From the NCBI GenBank assembly GCA_973851085.1, contig OZ316775.1:20584001-20648000 (forward strand): a DNA stretch of 64,000 bases, in the 5' to 3' direction. The position numbers and the translations under genes are program-made. This DNA comes from Ptychomitrium polyphyllum. Its lineage: Eukaryota. The notes beneath the pieces were generated by a model. That model searched no databases, was not told the origin of the DNA, and was given only the letters and a program-made list of their open reading frames with translations. Below are positions 61,206-64,000 of the stretch, one piece after another. The first letter of the stretch is position 1. Each line of letters starts with the position of its first letter.

Positions 61206-63359
61206 ATGGTTCGACCTGAAATCCTCACTTTTCATAGATTTCAAAATCCTCTTATTCGTGAATTTTAGAATCTTAATTTTCGTAGATTTTAGACAGAAGT
61301 TCTAAAACCGTCAAGGACCTAAATTTCGTAGGTCCTAAATCCGTCTCTGTACAGCCTTTAATTTCTCAATTATTGCAACTTCATAACTTTTGCAAAAAAA
61401 GTTATTTTTGAATTTCGTTTGCAGATCTGGTTTCTCTATGGGTGAATACATCTATTGGGAAAGAAAACTTTTTGTGATAATTTTATTTCAAAAATCACAT
61501 TTTTATGTGTTTTTTAAAAATAAAAATAAAAATAGAGTCTAAACTTTGGAGTTGGATTGTGAGGGCATTTTGACTCAGTTTTGAGCAAGATTTGCACCTA
61601 CATTTGGGATTTTAGCCATTTAATCCAATTTTAGTATTAAATTGGCTTTGTGATGTGTTGTATCCCTCTAGTGTTGCTATTTTCATTGAGAGATTTGTGT
61701 TTTTGAACACTACAGCCAAAATTTCCCACTATCTTCTTAGTTTAAGTGTTGTAGCCCTTGTAATGCATCTTAATAACGTTACGTACGTCAACCCTGTACA
61801 CCCCTACAATACACATGGTTAACTCTCATTTTTACTCTCTAAGTCCAGATTTGGTTTCTAATTCTTTCTACCATTCTCTTAAGACACCCAATTGATTGGT
61901 AGCCAATGGTTAGATGCAGACTTTCATTCATGTCTAAGGCCTCACTTAGTATTACTCTCATTCCACACGGCCTAACCGCACTTAGTAGTGTCTCCTCACC
62001 ACCACACATGATTTTCATATGATTCTAAGATCACCCCGGGTCACCGTAGTGCCGGCGTGAAGACACCACCCCAATTTAATGATAATAAGCGTACCCTTTT
62101 TATCTCACTAGTTCTTTTCGTGAAACCGGTCACCTACCAACTCACAATGGTGTAGGAGTTCCCGTGGTGAAGTCCCAACACCAACTCCATTAATCAAGAC
62201 TCATCCTTAGTTTCTACTGGGACACTAGGGAAGTATGGAGGGGGACTAGCCTTCCCTTATAGTACTCTTTGTGGGATTTGGCAGGCCCCCTGGCCCTCTG
62301 TAGCTGGCTAAACCCCGACATACCAAAAACTTTGAAAGACCACCCAATTTTCCCTTGGAACTTAGCCGGTGGAAGTCTCCGAAACTTCTTGCGGACCTTC
62401 AGGGAGCCATATCTTCCACGGCTGGTCTTTGAATCTATCAAGCAATCATTCTATTGTCATCTATTCTTTGCATAGATGCCGATAGAGTCCTTAAACGTCC
62501 AATTTGACTAGTAATCTAGGAGACATGCCTCTCCCAAGGTTCGGGATTCCTAGGGAGTCCCTCCTTGCATCGTCCCAGTCTAGCATAGTTATAGTCAGGG
62601 GTGCCACAGTCCAGAACAGCCCTTGGCAGCCTCAACTTTGGGGAGCCATATCTTTTAGCCTCCTTGTCCAATTTAAGCAATCTTTAGCATTCTAGAATCA
62701 ATTTGTTGTGAGTCCTCTAATGCTTACAATTTTTCCCTTGTGGCCCTCAATTTACATGGACAAGGATATCTCTCCCCCACAAGATCCTTCCCACGCTAGG
62801 TCCACTTGGTTCACCTCATTATCAGCGCCACAAGTCTCGGACATCATTTTGGGGTCCTCTTTGTGCCCTTAGTATTGCGGGCACTTCAAAAGGAGAGGTA
62901 TGCAATATTAAGACTTGAGAAAATACTTTTAGTAATTTCTTTTGCATTGCAAGTTTTTGCAACTTTGTGGCTATCAACCGCAAGCGTATGCCGGTTGGTC
63001 TAGTCCACTTGCATCTTGCAATTTGTTGTTTGAAAGAAAATCCAAATTTTGAATTTTTGATTTTTGTTACGGTACCTTCTCATATTGCGAGCATTGTTGC
63101 TATCGGTTTACAGTATTGCTCCATTTTGTGTTGTGTTTAGTCTGTGTTTATAAGCGTAATGTAAGGATGAAGTCGGATTGATAATCGACAAGATCTTTTT
63201 CGTTGGTACCATATGGGCGGTACTTGTTGGACCTAAAAATGATCAAAAGTGATGACTGATTCATCATATAGTTTGGTGGTAATTGCAAATTCAGGTGCAG
63301 GTTACTCATTTATCCTTTAGATAGTTGCAGATATCCAAGTAGTCATTTTTATGGTGCAG

Positions 63360-63941
63360 ACATGGAGTTGATATTATCGATCTCCGTCATCAAACTACTT
63401 GGAGGGTGCACACACTAAAGACTTTGAGCCAGCGGTAGATACTAACAAGGCTTTTGATCTTATTTCGATGTTGGATATTATTAGTAGGCTTCACGTTTGG
63501 AGTGTGGACACGCTAGACGAGATGGACAACGATCCTTGCCATATTGTGAGGGATCGGTTCTCTGGAAGAACTGGAGGCATTTCCCTATTTAACTAGAAGC
63601 TTAAGTTTTGGACCCGGATGAAGGAAAAACGCCAGTGGCCTTTGAGTTTCAATGACTGGTACGCATTTGAGCTGTTGCCACAGCATTTGGAGTTTGAGGC
63701 ACTTCATATATATGAACGGTGGATTGATGAGCATGAGTTCCAATTGCGTGCGGTGGAATGCTATTGGAAGGCTTGTGTGGAGTTTATCTCTGCCCTGAAG
63801 GAAGGTGTAGTGGCCAGTTTGATCGCTACAATGAAGGTGGAAGAGAATCTTGCAGAAGAGAGTGGTTCATCTTTCAAAGACATAAAAGACAAGGCTCCAG
63901 TAGTGAGTCAACCCTCTATCACAATATCACGAGTGCCGTAG
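63360..63941 (+). pseudogene. Stop-interrupted coding relic, possibly transposon-derived
   Basis: ORFs 63399-63596 and 63618-63941 are in the same frame, separated by a single TAG. No family recognised. Confidence 0.35.
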
Positions 63942-64000
63942 GCTACGTAGGCAATGTTGTCTGCAATTGGTTAGTCACTGTTGTTTGAGCCACTTTGCTT

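Overview
Eukaryotic nuclear DNA from a land plant, most likely a moss. That assignment is inferred from gene content, codon style and the alternation of compact genes with very AT-rich decayed spacers. Hand-spliced gene models whose exons join into one open frame: an 11-exon DUF676 lipase-like hydrolase (2080-6095, +); two paralogous pro-domain pectin methylesterases (9620-11506 and 18516-20397, +) flanking a truncated PMEI-domain-only paralogue (15434-16060); a 6-exon organellar ribosomal protein L9 (21695-24070, -); a 13-exon diacylglycerol kinase with a long acidic, repeat-containing N-terminal extension (28721-34802, +); a small secreted-protein ORF interrupted by one TAG (35684-36157, -); and three intronless XTH-like GH16 genes with a non-canonical QCEFDFEFLG active-site motif (38141-39037 -, 44505-45401 -, 55524-56384 +). 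Most notable: (1) two XTH copies are identical over about 940 bp although their flanks are old and diverged, which points to gene conversion; (2) a cell-wall-remodelling neighbourhood with variant XTHs and a candidate newborn PME inhibitor; (3) two probable U12 minor-spliceosome introns; (4) a frame-symmetric DGK exon carrying two TGA codons; (5) a stop-free in-frame PME intron. No rRNA, tRNA, CRISPR array or intact transposon was seen.
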